Shown: in pieces, positions 8,229-16,308 of the stretch
Layout of the letters: every line of letters starts with the position of its first letter
Position numbering within the stretch: the stretch's first letter is position 1
Assembly (NCBI GenBank): GCA_028865335.1
Contig: JAGWKK010000003.1
Location: forward strand, 1-37,321
Direction: 5' to 3'
Source of the DNA: Patescibacteria group bacterium
Lineage (GTDB): Bacteria > Patescibacteriota > Minisyncoccia > UBA6257 > 02-FULL-45-10c
Length of the DNA: 37,321 bases
Made by a program: the position numbers and the translations under genes
Notes under the pieces: model-generated
Database searches by the model: none
Told to the model about the DNA's origin: nothing
Seen by the model: the letters and a program-made list of their open reading frames with translations, nothing else

Positions 8229-9713
8229 TTACTGATTGAACGGCAACACGCGGTTGATCAGCGGTTCGGAAGCGAGTTTCGCCGCCGCCGCATCGGTCGC
8301 CTGCTGAATCAATCCCGCAATAGTCACATCCGCCTGCTCCAAAAGCAAGTCAGCATTTCGGAATGCCGGCGTGACCTTATCCGTATTGATCTTGCCGCTC
8401 GCCAGATCAGAAAGCTTCGCGATCGACTGCGCCGCCTGATCCAACTGATCAGCCGTGGTCGACGCTGTGTCCTGATTCAGATTATTGTCAGCCGCGCGCT
8501 GCGCAAGAGCGTCGTACGAAGATTTCAATCCTCCGATTTCGCCGTGCAACGTATCATAATCGGCGCGCGCGTAATACACCAAAGCATCCTGCAACGACGC
8601 CAGCACCAGACTCGCCTGTCCCGCCGCATCGGTATATTGCCCCGCATCAAACGAGACACTGACTTGCGTCGCATTGAACTTCGCGTGGCTGACCAACGAG
8701 GACGCCGTGGCGCTTTTCACGCCCGATCCGGCAGCAGCTGCGCGCTGGATCAGTTGATCCGATTCGTCCATCATGCGCTGCACTTCCGGCTTACTGGCGG
8801 ATTTCGCATCAGCCATTGAATCCAACAGATGCTGACGCACGATCGCCAACGTATTCTTGAGATCGGAATTGTCCAACTGTTCGCGGATCTCATCCAAAAG
8901 AACCAGCGTGCGCACCTGATCGCCAGGAACCTGATCGAACAGATTCGGTACCGAAGACGGGTCCTGTTCCATTTTCGCGATGACGCGCATCATCAGCCGG
9001 TCATGCGCCAAAAGAACCGTCGTACCCGAGGGCGCATCACCGAGTTTATCCTGCAAACGATCCAAAACGCGCGCAGCCATCATATCATCTTCCAGATTCG
9101 TCTGATCGCCGAGAAGCGTATCGAGACGGGCATGCAGCGCTTCCGGAGTATCCAGTTTCGTTATCGCATCCGCCGTCATGCCGGCCAACCGGTCGCTTAA
9201 CGATTCCAAACGGTCGCGCAAACCCGCGTCCGCGGATGCTTCCGATTCATCGAATAGAACCGTATGTTCCAATTCGGCCTTCACAATGCGCGTCATCAGG
9301 TCGCTCACTGCCGGCGTCGCCGTCGTGTCGTTGATCGCCGCCACATCCTGGCTCAAGCGGTCGATGCTCTCACCATACAGATCGGTCGCCGACTTCACAT
9401 TCTCATCGGAACCATCCAGCACCTGCTGCAGCTTGTTCAGTTCGCCTGCTTTCTGATTGAGGATATCTAACTCCAGATTCGCCTGATTGACCGGATCGGT
9501 CGTCATCGCCCGCTGCACGGTGCGGGTAATGTTTTTCAGGAAATAGAACGGATTGGTCGGCAACAAGCCCGGATTCTCAACCGACGGGTCGGCATTGAAA
9601 AAACTGAATCCGAAAGCCGCATGTGCCGCCGGCGCCACGCCAAAAGCCCCTACTATTGCCAGTAAGGCGGCCCGAGCAGCCCAAAAACGTATACCGCCGT
9701 TAGATTTGCCCAT
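8229..9713 (-). CDS. Secreted helical DUF5667-like protein
   Basis: Signal peptide ending AHA; NPGLLPTNPFYFLK motif typical of DUF5667; acidic helical remainder. Confidence 0.75.
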   Translation of the reverse strand: MGKSNGGIRFWAARAALLAIVGAFGVAPAAHAAFGFSFFNADPSVENPGLLPTNPFYFLKNITRTVQRAMTTDPVNQANLELDILNQKAGELNKLQQVLDGSDENVKSATDLYGESIDRLSQDVAAINDTTATPAVSDLMTRIVKAELEHTVLFDESEASADAGLRDRLESLSDRLAGMTADAITKLDTPEALHARLDTLLGDQTNLEDDMMAARVLDRLQDKLGDAPSGTTVLLAHDRLMMRVIAKMEQDPSSVPNLFDQVPGDQVRTLVLLDEIREQLDNSDLKNTLAIVRQHLLDSMADAKSASKPEVQRMMDESDQLIQRAAAAGSGVKSATASSLVSHAKFNATQVSVSFDAGQYTDAAGQASLVLASLQDALVYYARADYDTLHGEIGGLKSSYDALAQRAADNNLNQDTASTTADQLDQAAQSIAKLSDLASGKINTDKVTPAFRNADLLLEQADVTIAGLIQQATDAAAAKLASEPLINRVLPFNQ

Positions 9714-9856
9714 AAATTGTCCTTCAAATGAAAGGATCTATGGAGAATAGACCCTGTTGTTTGCGTATTGAATTATTACCCACCCTCACTTCCTCACCCC
9801 CTGAGTATAGCATATCGGCCCTGAAATTGCCAGACCCCGGTCAAGTCGGCCTGCAT

Positions 9857-10080
9857 AAAAAAGGCCCCGAACTTTCGCTCGGGGCCCGGCTGCGACTGCG
9901 GGTTTCTCCTCAGGTCGTATGCATTGGACATGGCCGCTGCATAGCTAGTCGGCGCCTGGGAAATGACGAGGTTGGAGGGCCGTATCCTCGTCACGACTCT
10001 GTCGCTCCGCTATCGCTAAGATCAAGGTGCTGCGTCTCACCGGGGGCTCCCTTTGCAGGGATCCTCCACCGGCTTTGATT
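9857..10080 (-). ncRNA. Candidate structured non-coding RNA, unidentified
   Basis: Promoter at 10086-10114, several stems including a GCAA tetraloop, terminator GGCCCCGA/TCGGGGCC plus U-tract at 9857-9886; no credible ORF. Confidence 0.65.
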
Positions 10081-10085
10081 TACTT

Positions 10086-10114
10086 AATATAGCATATCCA
10101 AATTATATTGTCAA
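10086..10114 (-). promoter_or_regulatory. Strong sigma70-type promoter
   Basis: TTGACA-N17-TATATT with an extended -10 TG. Confidence 0.85.
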
Positions 10115-10152
10115 TAGCCTCAGTAGTCATTAGTGATTAGATATTAGAAATT

Positions 10153-10179
10153 AAAAATCCCGCACTCGCGGGATTTTTT
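10153..10179. terminator. Bidirectional-type terminator after rpoD
   Basis: AAAAATCCCGC-ACTC-GCGGGATTTTT. Confidence 0.75.
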
Positions 10180-10196
10180 CATTCTCATCACTCAAG

Positions 10197-10323
10197 CGAG
10201 GCTATCCTTTTGGAAAGAAACTGCCGGAGCCGGGCATATCATTTTTCCTTATGGCCCGGCGAGGCGTAGGCGGATCCGGCAAAAAGCCGGAAAACGCCGG
10301 TTCTTTCAAAAGCGATAGTCGAG
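10197..10323. repeat. Multi-stem fold-back element just after the rpoD stop
   Basis: Outer arms GCTATCCTTTTGGAAAGAA / TTCTTTCAAAAGCGATAGT; inner TGCCGGA/TCCGGCA and GCCGGGC/GCCCGGC; CGAG on both flanks. Confidence 0.55.
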
Positions 10324-10325
10324 CA

Positions 10326-11693
10326 CTAGTAGCCTTCCAGCATATGCGACTTCCCGTGGGACTTGATCCGGTTCAGCGCTTTCGCCTCAATCTGGCGGAT
10401 GCGTTCGCGGGTGACCGCGAATTCCTTCCCCACTTCTTCCAGGGTGTGCGTGATGCCGTCTTCCAATCCGAAGCGCATCTGCAGGATCTTCTGCTCGCGC
10501 GGGGTCAGGTCAACCATGATGCTCCTGATGCGCTCGCGCAACAGGGTCTGCGATGCGATCTGCGCCGGCGTCAGGCTGTGCTGGTCTTCGATGAATTCAG
10601 CCAGAGACGACTCGCCTTCGTCATCTTCGCCCACCGGCGCCTCCAACGATACGACTTCCTGTGAAATCTTCTGGATGTGATGCACCTTCTCCACCGGAAG
10701 ATTCATTTCAATCGCAATCTCCTCCGGCAGCGGATCGCGGCCGAGTTCCTGGACCAGATGGCGTTTCGCCTGGGTGTATTTCGAAATCGTTTCCACCATG
10801 TGCACCGGAATGCGGATGGTGCGGGACTGGTCGGCGAGCGCGCGGGTGATCGCCTGGCGGATCCACCACGTCGCGTAGGTTGAAAACTTGAAACCGCGGC
10901 GGTAATCGAACTTCGCCACCGCGCGGGACAGACCGATGTTCCCTTCCTGGATCAGATCCAGAATGCTCAGATGCGGACTGCGGTTCACATAGCGCTTCGC
11001 GATGGACACCACGAGACGGAGGTTCGCTTCGATGAATTTCCGGCGCGCCTCCTTATCACCCTTTTCCACGCGTTTGGCGAGGTCTTTCTCTTCCTGTCCG
11101 GTCAGCAGCTTGATCTTGCCGATCTCTTTCAGATAGGTCTGCACGGAATCGGGAATTTCGCCCTCGATGCGGTCGGCGCGCTCCAATTCCTCCTTGGATA
11201 CTTCGTCCTCTTTCGGAAGCTGGATCAGCTGGCTGGTTTCCACCACTTTGATGTTCGCCTCCTCGAGTTTCTGGTAGATGCCTTCCAGCAGCGAGACGTT
11301 GTCCTCGATCTGGGGGAATGCCTGGAGCACTTCGTTGTCCGTCACGAAGCCACGGCTGCGGCCGCGGGCGATCAATTCATCCAGACTGTCCGCCGCCACC
11401 TGTTCCTTCTTGCTCAGCTTGGGTTCCTTGCCGGTCTTCTTCTTTACGGAAAAATCAGGCGGAACTGCCGGACGGGCGGACTCTCCCGTTTTCTTCGCCG
11501 CTTTGGCGGGACGCTTTTTCAGCGCTTTCTTTTTGGTCGTTTTCTTTTTTGCCGTCTTCTTCCTGGCGGCTTTCTTCGCCTTCTTTTTCGGTGCGCGCTT
11601 TTTCGCCGGCTTCCGCTTCGCCGCGGGTTTCTTCTTTTTCTTCAACGGCTTGCGGGCCGCCTTCTTCATCTTTTTGAGTTTCTTTTTCTTCAT
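10326..11693 (-). CDS. rpoD: RNA polymerase primary sigma factor with Lys/Ala-rich N-terminus
   Basis: [44 protein letters not shown]...[14 protein letters not shown]; lies downstream of dnaG. Confidence 0.96.
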   Translation of the reverse strand: MKKKKLKKMKKAARKPLKKKKKPAAKRKPAKKRAPKKKAKKAARKKTAKKKTTKKKALKKRPAKAAKKTGESARPAVPPDFSVKKKTGKEPKLSKKEQVAADSLDELIARGRSRGFVTDNEVLQAFPQIEDNVSLLEGIYQKLEEANIKVVETSQLIQLPKEDEVSKEELERADRIEGEIPDSVQTYLKEIGKIKLLTGQEEKDLAKRVEKGDKEARRKFIEANLRLVVSIAKRYVNRSPHLSILDLIQEGNIGLSRAVAKFDYRRGFKFSTYATWWIRQAITRALADQSRTIRIPVHMVETISKYTQAKRHLVQELGRDPLPEEIAIEMNLPVEKVHHIQKISQEVVSLEAPVGEDDEGESSLAEFIEDQHSLTPAQIASQTLLRERIRSIMVDLTPREQKILQMRFGLEDGITHTLEEVGKEFAVTRERIRQIEAKALNRIKSHGKSHMLEGY

Positions 11694-11780
11694 AGTATAT
11701 AAATGGTCGCGAATGCGTGTTCATACGTTACCACACGCTCGCGCCTTATTCAAACTCCCGTCCGTCCGGAGAAGTCACGC

Positions 11781-13550
11781 CTATGCGCCCTGCAATTCCC
11801 GGGACACCGCGGCGAACTCCTGCATCGCCTGCTGCAGCTTCTGGTCGTCACCGCTGCGCTCCAATGTCCGGATGGACTCGCTGAGTTCCTTGCGCCGGTC
11901 TTCGAGATAGGTGATTTTCAGGCGGCGGAGCAGGACGCCGATCTCCTTCTCCAGGGACTCCACGTCCATGTCCTGATTCTCAAAACTGAATTTCATGCTG
12001 ATCGCGCTCATCAGATCCTCGATATCCTTGCGCCGGAGATCGTCGGGCCGGGTGAAGTCGCGATACACATCGGCATACGCCGGCGGGAAATACTGGACAT
12101 AGTCATTGAGCATCTGCAGATCGCTCTTCAGGTGCAGCATGATGCCGAGCAGGCGGCGCAGGATGATATCCCGTCGCGTCGCCTCGCGGTCCGCCGGAAG
12201 CGCGGCCTTCGGTGCGGCCGCCGCGGCAGGCGCGGGAGCGGCCGAAATGGCAGTCATCTCGTCCACCAGCACGTCTTCGTTCATCTTCACGCGGTAGGAC
12301 AGCTCGCGGATCCAGTAACTCCGGTCGATCGGACTGGAAAGTCCGCGGATCTTGGCGAGGATGAGCCGGATCGCCTGTTTCTTCAGCTTCAGATCGTCGG
12401 ACACTTTCTCCATATACTTCTGGAAGTAGTATTCCATCGCGGGCTTCGCACTCTTCACCAGTTCCGCGAGGTGGCCCGGCTGTTTCCGCGCGACATCCGC
12501 GGGATCTTTCAGCTTCGCATCGTCGATCACCAGCAGCTTCACCGTGAAGTCGTGCGCATTCGCCATATCGATCGCCCGTTCCGCAGCCGCCTGTCCCGCC
12601 TCATCGGCGTCAAAACTCAGCACCAGCTCGTCCGCCACGCGGCGCAGCATCGTCAGATGGTCGTTGGTCAGCGCGGTTCCGGATGTCGCCACGATATTCT
12701 TCACGCCGTCCTGCCACGCCATGATCAGGTCCATCTGGCCTTCCACGATCACCGCCACATGCGCATCGCGGATATCGCCTTTCGTCTTATGGAAACCGTA
12801 CAGGATCCGTGATTTCTGGAACACCGGGGACTCCGGGCTGTTCACATACTTCGGCGCCACGAATCCTGAGCTCGTCGAAGGATTGCCCACATGTTCATTT
12901 TCACTGCCGGGCATGATCCGGCCCGTGAACCCGACCACCTTACCCGTGTGGTTGTGGATCGGAAACATGATGCGCGCGCGGAAGCGGTCCCGGTACATTC
13001 CCCGGTCCGTCTTGATCGCGAGCCCCACCTGCTCGATGTCGGCGACCGGAAAGCCCTGTTTGATCAGATGCTTCATCAGCTGATCCGATCCGTCGGGCGC
13101 CACGCCGATTTCAAACTCCTTGACCGTCTCCGGCTTCAGGCCGCGCTCCGCGAGATATTCGTTGACCTTGGACGCCATGCCCAGCTGCGAAACGAAAAAG
13201 TCCTTCGCCGATTCCAGGATGCGGTATGACTTCTGCGACGCCTGGAAATCGCGGTCTCCGCCCGGCCGCATTTCAATCCCCGCCTTGTCCGCCAGAATCT
13301 TCAGCGCGTCGTAAAACTCGATGTTCTCATATTTCATCAGGAACTTGATGATGTCGCCGCCTTCGCCGCAGGTTCCGAAACAATGCCAGGTCTGCCGCTC
13401 CGGCGACACCATGAACGACGGCGTCTTTTCCTTGTGGAACGGGCAGAGGGCTTTGAAATTCTTCCCCGCCGGTTTGAGCTCGATATAATTCCGAAGAAAC
13501 TCGACGATGTCGAGTTTTTCTTTTACCTGCTGGGCGATATCGGAAGACAT
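11781..13550 (-). CDS. dnaG: DNA primase
   Basis: CPFHKEKTPSF zinc finger, DRFRARIMFPI, KYVNSPES, TOPRIM motifs VEGQMD and FDADEAG. Confidence 0.97.
   Translation of the reverse strand: MSSDIAQQVKEKLDIVEFLRNYIELKPAGKNFKALCPFHKEKTPSFMVSPERQTWHCFGTCGEGGDIIKFLMKYENIEFYDALKILADKAGIEMRPGGDRDFQASQKSYRILESAKDFFVSQLGMASKVNEYLAERGLKPETVKEFEIGVAPDGSDQLMKHLIKQGFPVADIEQVGLAIKTDRGMYRDRFRARIMFPIHNHTGKVVGFTGRIMPGSENEHVGNPSTSSGFVAPKYVNSPESPVFQKSRILYGFHKTKGDIRDAHVAVIVEGQMDLIMAWQDGVKNIVATSGTALTNDHLTMLRRVADELVLSFDADEAGQAAAERAIDMANAHDFTVKLLVIDDAKLKDPADVARKQPGHLAELVKSAKPAMEYYFQKYMEKVSDDLKLKKQAIRLILAKIRGLSSPIDRSYWIRELSYRVKMNEDVLVDEMTAISAAPAPAAAAAPKAALPADREATRRDIILRRLLGIMLHLKSDLQMLNDYVQYFPPAYADVYRDFTRPDDLRRKDIEDLMSAISMKFSFENQDMDVESLEKEIGVLLRRLKITYLEDRRKELSESIRTLERSGDDQKLQQAMQEFAAVSRELQGA
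12862..12884. repeat. In-frame REP-like palindrome in dnaG
   Basis: AATCCTGAGCTCGTCGAAGGATT, encoding NPSTSSGF just before KYVNS. Confidence 0.55.
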
Positions 13551-13614
13551 ATATTAAAAGTATAAAGTGGAAAGGTAAAAGTTAAAAGTCAGGAAACCGA
13601 TAAAATAAAACCCC

Positions 13615-13944
13615 TTATCGGGGTTTGTGTTTTTTAAGAATCTTGATGATTTCCTTTCTTGCTTTCGCTTTCCGCTTCTTGAGGTCCGGAGACTTCGCCA
13701 CCTCAGCCCGATAGATGTCCATCTTGAGCCGATTGATCTGCTCATGCCATGCCTCCTGGTAATGAGGGCACATGAACGAATCATGCAGGCGCTTCGCGCC
13801 GCCCATCGCCATGGCCCAGCTGGTTGGACCCAGCACATTTCTCTTCACTCTCATCGGCGAATTGCACACTCCGCAAACTGCCGATTGCACCGCACCAGGG
13901 TCAGGAAACCAGTAACCGACGTTCCCGTGCCAATCGATCTTCAT
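13615..13944 (-). CDS. Small hypothetical protein, possibly zinc-binding
   Basis: CGVC...HDSFMCPH and a basic C-terminus; stop lies in the terminator loop AAACCCC-GATAA-GGGGTTT. Confidence 0.7.
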   Translation of the reverse strand: MKIDWHGNVGYWFPDPGAVQSAVCGVCNSPMRVKRNVLGPTSWAMAMGGAKRLHDSFMCPHYQEAWHEQINRLKMDIYRAEVAKSPDLKKRKAKARKEIIKILKKHKPR

Positions 13945-14029
13945 TGCTCTACTCCCATTTCCTGAGCTCCCTATCGGAGCATACAGGGCTTGATTTTTCT
14001 TTTCAAGTGATATATGCTATATTCTATCT

Positions 14030-14178
14030 TATGTCGGGTAGTAGAACTGCGATGAGTATATAACCCCTCTTCGCCGACGACTATCTTGCATAGGCCGTTT
14101 ACAATTCATTCACGTTCCGACTATAATTAAGACGTGTTATATACTGCGAAGAGTATCGCAGTTTCACTACCCGATATG
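14030..14178 (+). mobile_element. TATG-flanked structured element at the rpmB start codon
   Basis: TATG|TCGGGTAGTAGAACTGCGAT...ATCGCAGTTTCACTACCCGA|TATG, 141 bp between the repeats; the second ATG starts rpmB. Confidence 0.7.
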
Positions 14179-14364
14179 AAACAGTGCGCATTCTGTGGCA
14201 AGGGACACTTTATGGGAGGTACCCGTAAACTGCTCCGCGGCCACTACAACCCGACGAATTGGTCACGAAAGCAGGCAAACCTGCAGTGGTTTTCCGAACC
14301 CGGAAAGCCCGGCAGAGTGAAGGCGTGCGTGAAGTGCATCAAGCTCCGCAAAAAGAAAGCATAA
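14176..14364 (+). CDS. rpmB: 50S ribosomal protein L28, zinc-binding type
   Basis: MKQCAFCGKG...RKQANLQ...ACVKCIK, 62 aa. Confidence 0.88.
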   Translation: MKQCAFCGKGHFMGGTRKLLRGHYNPTNWSRKQANLQWFSEPGKPGRVKACVKCIKLRKKKA

Positions 14365-14422
14365 CGAAAAACAGCCGCAGGGCTGTTTTTTCGCGGCCTT
14401 GCCGGTATGCTATAGTCACAAC

Positions 14423-16111
14423 ATGAAAAGATTTCCCAGACTGCTGTGGGCCATACTCGTCTTCGCATTCATCATCCGGGCGTGGAATCTTGCCGCGCCG
14501 GACATGGCCGGCGACGATGCGACGTACGCATTCCGATCGGTCGGCTACGTGGATTTCATCGCAGCCGCCAATCGCCAGTCGACGCCGGTGACCTGGTTCG
14601 ATGAACCGCAATGGTGGCAGTCGCTTTCGTTCCACGACGCGCCGCCGCTCGTCTTCGCGCTGGAACACGCCTCGTTCGCGTTCTTCGGCGACAATGCCGT
14701 CGCCGCGCGCGTACCGTTCGTTCTCGCCGGGACGCTCTCCGTTTTCGCTATCTATCTGCTCGGCGAATTCATCGGCGGAGAATCACTCGGCCTCGCCGCA
14801 GCCGCGATCATGACGTTGCTGAATTATCCGGTATGGCTTTCCCGTATCGGCTACCTGGATGGCATGCTCATCCCCTCCATCCTGTTCTCGCTCTATTTCT
14901 TTTTCAAGGCACAGAAACAGCCGCGCAATTATTGGTACTGGGGGCTTGCCTGCGGCGCGGGACTGCTGACAAAATATACTTTTCTTTTTCTCGGTCCGGT
15001 ATTTCTCGGCGCGCTGCTGATCCGGCGCCGGCAGGCATTCAAATCCCGGGCGTTCCTCCAGGGATGCGCGATTGCGGTCCTGCTGCTCATGCCGGTGATT
15101 CTGTACAACGTCGGAATGTTCCGGGCCCGAGGACATCTTGATGCGGCGCTTTCAACGCTCATCGGCCAACACCCCGCCGACTTCGCCGGACTGGTGCGCA
15201 CCGGCGGATTCAACGCACTGGGCGTCCTCACTCAGTTCATGTCCGGCGGCGCATTCTCGCCGACTGTTCTCCTCTTCGCCGCAGTAGGCGTCGGAATACT
15301 CTACGCCACCCAATCGCTGGAGGTTTTCACAGTACTGATCGGCGGATTTCTGATGGCTCTCGCAGAGCTGTCCGTCATCGGCGGAATCGAATGGTACGGC
15401 GCGATCCTCGTCCCCTTCGTCGTTCTCTTCACCGCGCTTGGTGCCGTAACTCTGTTCCGCTATCTCAAAAATAAAATCGGCAATATCGCGACAATCGCCA
15501 TCATCGTTCTGCTTGCGGGAATGGAATTGACCGCGACCATCCAGAACCAGCTCTTGGCGCATCCGTTGGTCGCCTCCCCGCTTCTTCCGACTGCGTTCTC
15601 CTCACCGCATAACGGCTATGCCGAACTGGAAAATTACATCGGGCGATTCTATGCCGACCACGCCGCTTCGTCGGCCATCATCACCTATCAGGAAGACGGA
15701 AAACAGCTTGCCGATTATCAGAAATCAGCGATCCTGGCGCGTTTCGGCGGAACCGTCACCGGTCCGACCCAGGATCAGCTTGTCCTCTACGATGAGCGCA
15801 TGAATTGGTTTGCATCGTTATGGACCTTCGAGCGCCGGCGGCTGTATGACGCGGAGCCGATCCAGTCATTGTGGCAATTTCTGGAAAAGACGGACGGCGC
15901 GCATGATTTTTCATTCTACCGGAACTTCGGCATGAAAACCGCGACGATCATTCTCACCGCCGAAAATACGCAGGACAATACTCAAGTGGATCATGCCGCA
16001 GACGTCAGCGCATTCGCACAGAAAGTGGAAAGCGTCCTGACGCCGATCGCCGAAATCCGGAACGCGGACGGCCGGGTGGCATTCCGGGTATATACGCTTT
16101 CGCTACAATAA
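14423..16111 (+). CDS. GT-C fold membrane glycosyltransferase (ArnT/PMT_2, family 39-like)
   Basis: N-terminal TM then DDATY, HDAPPL, ARVP, SRIGYLD, GLLTKY; many TM segments; TGnTATAGT 6 nt before the ATG. Confidence 0.85.
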   Translation: MKRFPRLLWAILVFAFIIRAWNLAAPDMAGDDATYAFRSVGYVDFIAAANRQSTPVTWFDEPQWWQSLSFHDAPPLVFALEHASFAFFGDNAVAARVPFVLAGTLSVFAIYLLGEFIGGESLGLAAAAIMTLLNYPVWLSRIGYLDGMLIPSILFSLYFFFKAQKQPRNYWYWGLACGAGLLTKYTFLFLGPVFLGALLIRRRQAFKSRAFLQGCAIAVLLLMPVILYNVGMFRARGHLDAALSTLIGQHPADFAGLVRTGGFNALGVLTQFMSGGAFSPTVLLFAAVGVGILYATQSLEVFTVLIGGFLMALAELSVIGGIEWYGAILVPFVVLFTALGAVTLFRYLKNKIGNIATIAIIVLLAGMELTATIQNQLLAHPLVASPLLPTAFSSPHNGYAELENYIGRFYADHAASSAIITYQEDGKQLADYQKSAILARFGGTVTGPTQDQLVLYDERMNWFASLWTFERRRLYDAEPIQSLWQFLEKTDGAHDFSFYRNFGMKTATIILTAENTQDNTQVDHAADVSAFAQKVESVLTPIAEIRNADGRVAFRVYTLSLQ

Positions 16112-16115
16112 AAAT

Positions 16116-16199
16116 CGGGCTCGATTCCCGGCACAGAAATAAAATATTCCGCACATGCGGAATATTTTATTTCTGTCGGGCCGCCGGGAATCGGACCCG
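16116..16199. repeat. Long inverted repeat pairing the tRNA-Pro T-arm with its trailer
   Basis: Perfect 20-bp IR 16133-16152 / 16157-16176, extended by CGGGCTCGATTCCCGGC (16116-16132) against 16183-16199. Confidence 0.75.
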
Positions 16200-16246
16200 G
16201 GCTGCAAGACCCCCAGCCTCGCGTACTACCATTATACTACGGCCCG
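16176..16246 (-). tRNA. tRNA-Pro(GGG)
   Basis: CGGGCCG acceptor stem, anticodon loop CT-GGG-GG, T-loop TCCGATT (non-canonical C at 55); CCA not encoded. Confidence 0.9.
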
Positions 16247-16308
16247 CTTCTCCGCCAGGATACCGCAAATATTTTCTCCGCGCAAACAAAAAACCCCGCG
16301 GTGCGGGG

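Noticed and set aside
9728-10078. ORFs 9728..10078 (+) and 9794..9994 (-)
   Set aside because: They cross a terminator and a promoter, lack an SD and any protein signature; a structured RNA explains the region better.
9990-10080. c-di-GMP-I riboswitch, T-box, tmRNA, RNase P or SRP identity for the first ncRNA
   Set aside because: Only a superficial CAAA...GNRA...GACGCA resemblance; the second riboswitch stem and the hallmark motifs of the other RNAs are missing. A covariance search is still needed.
14134-14175. ORF-track N-terminal extensions of rpmB and of the cyclophilin (32128-32163)
   Set aside because: The extensions lie inside the inserted elements; homology begins at the ATG within the second TATG.
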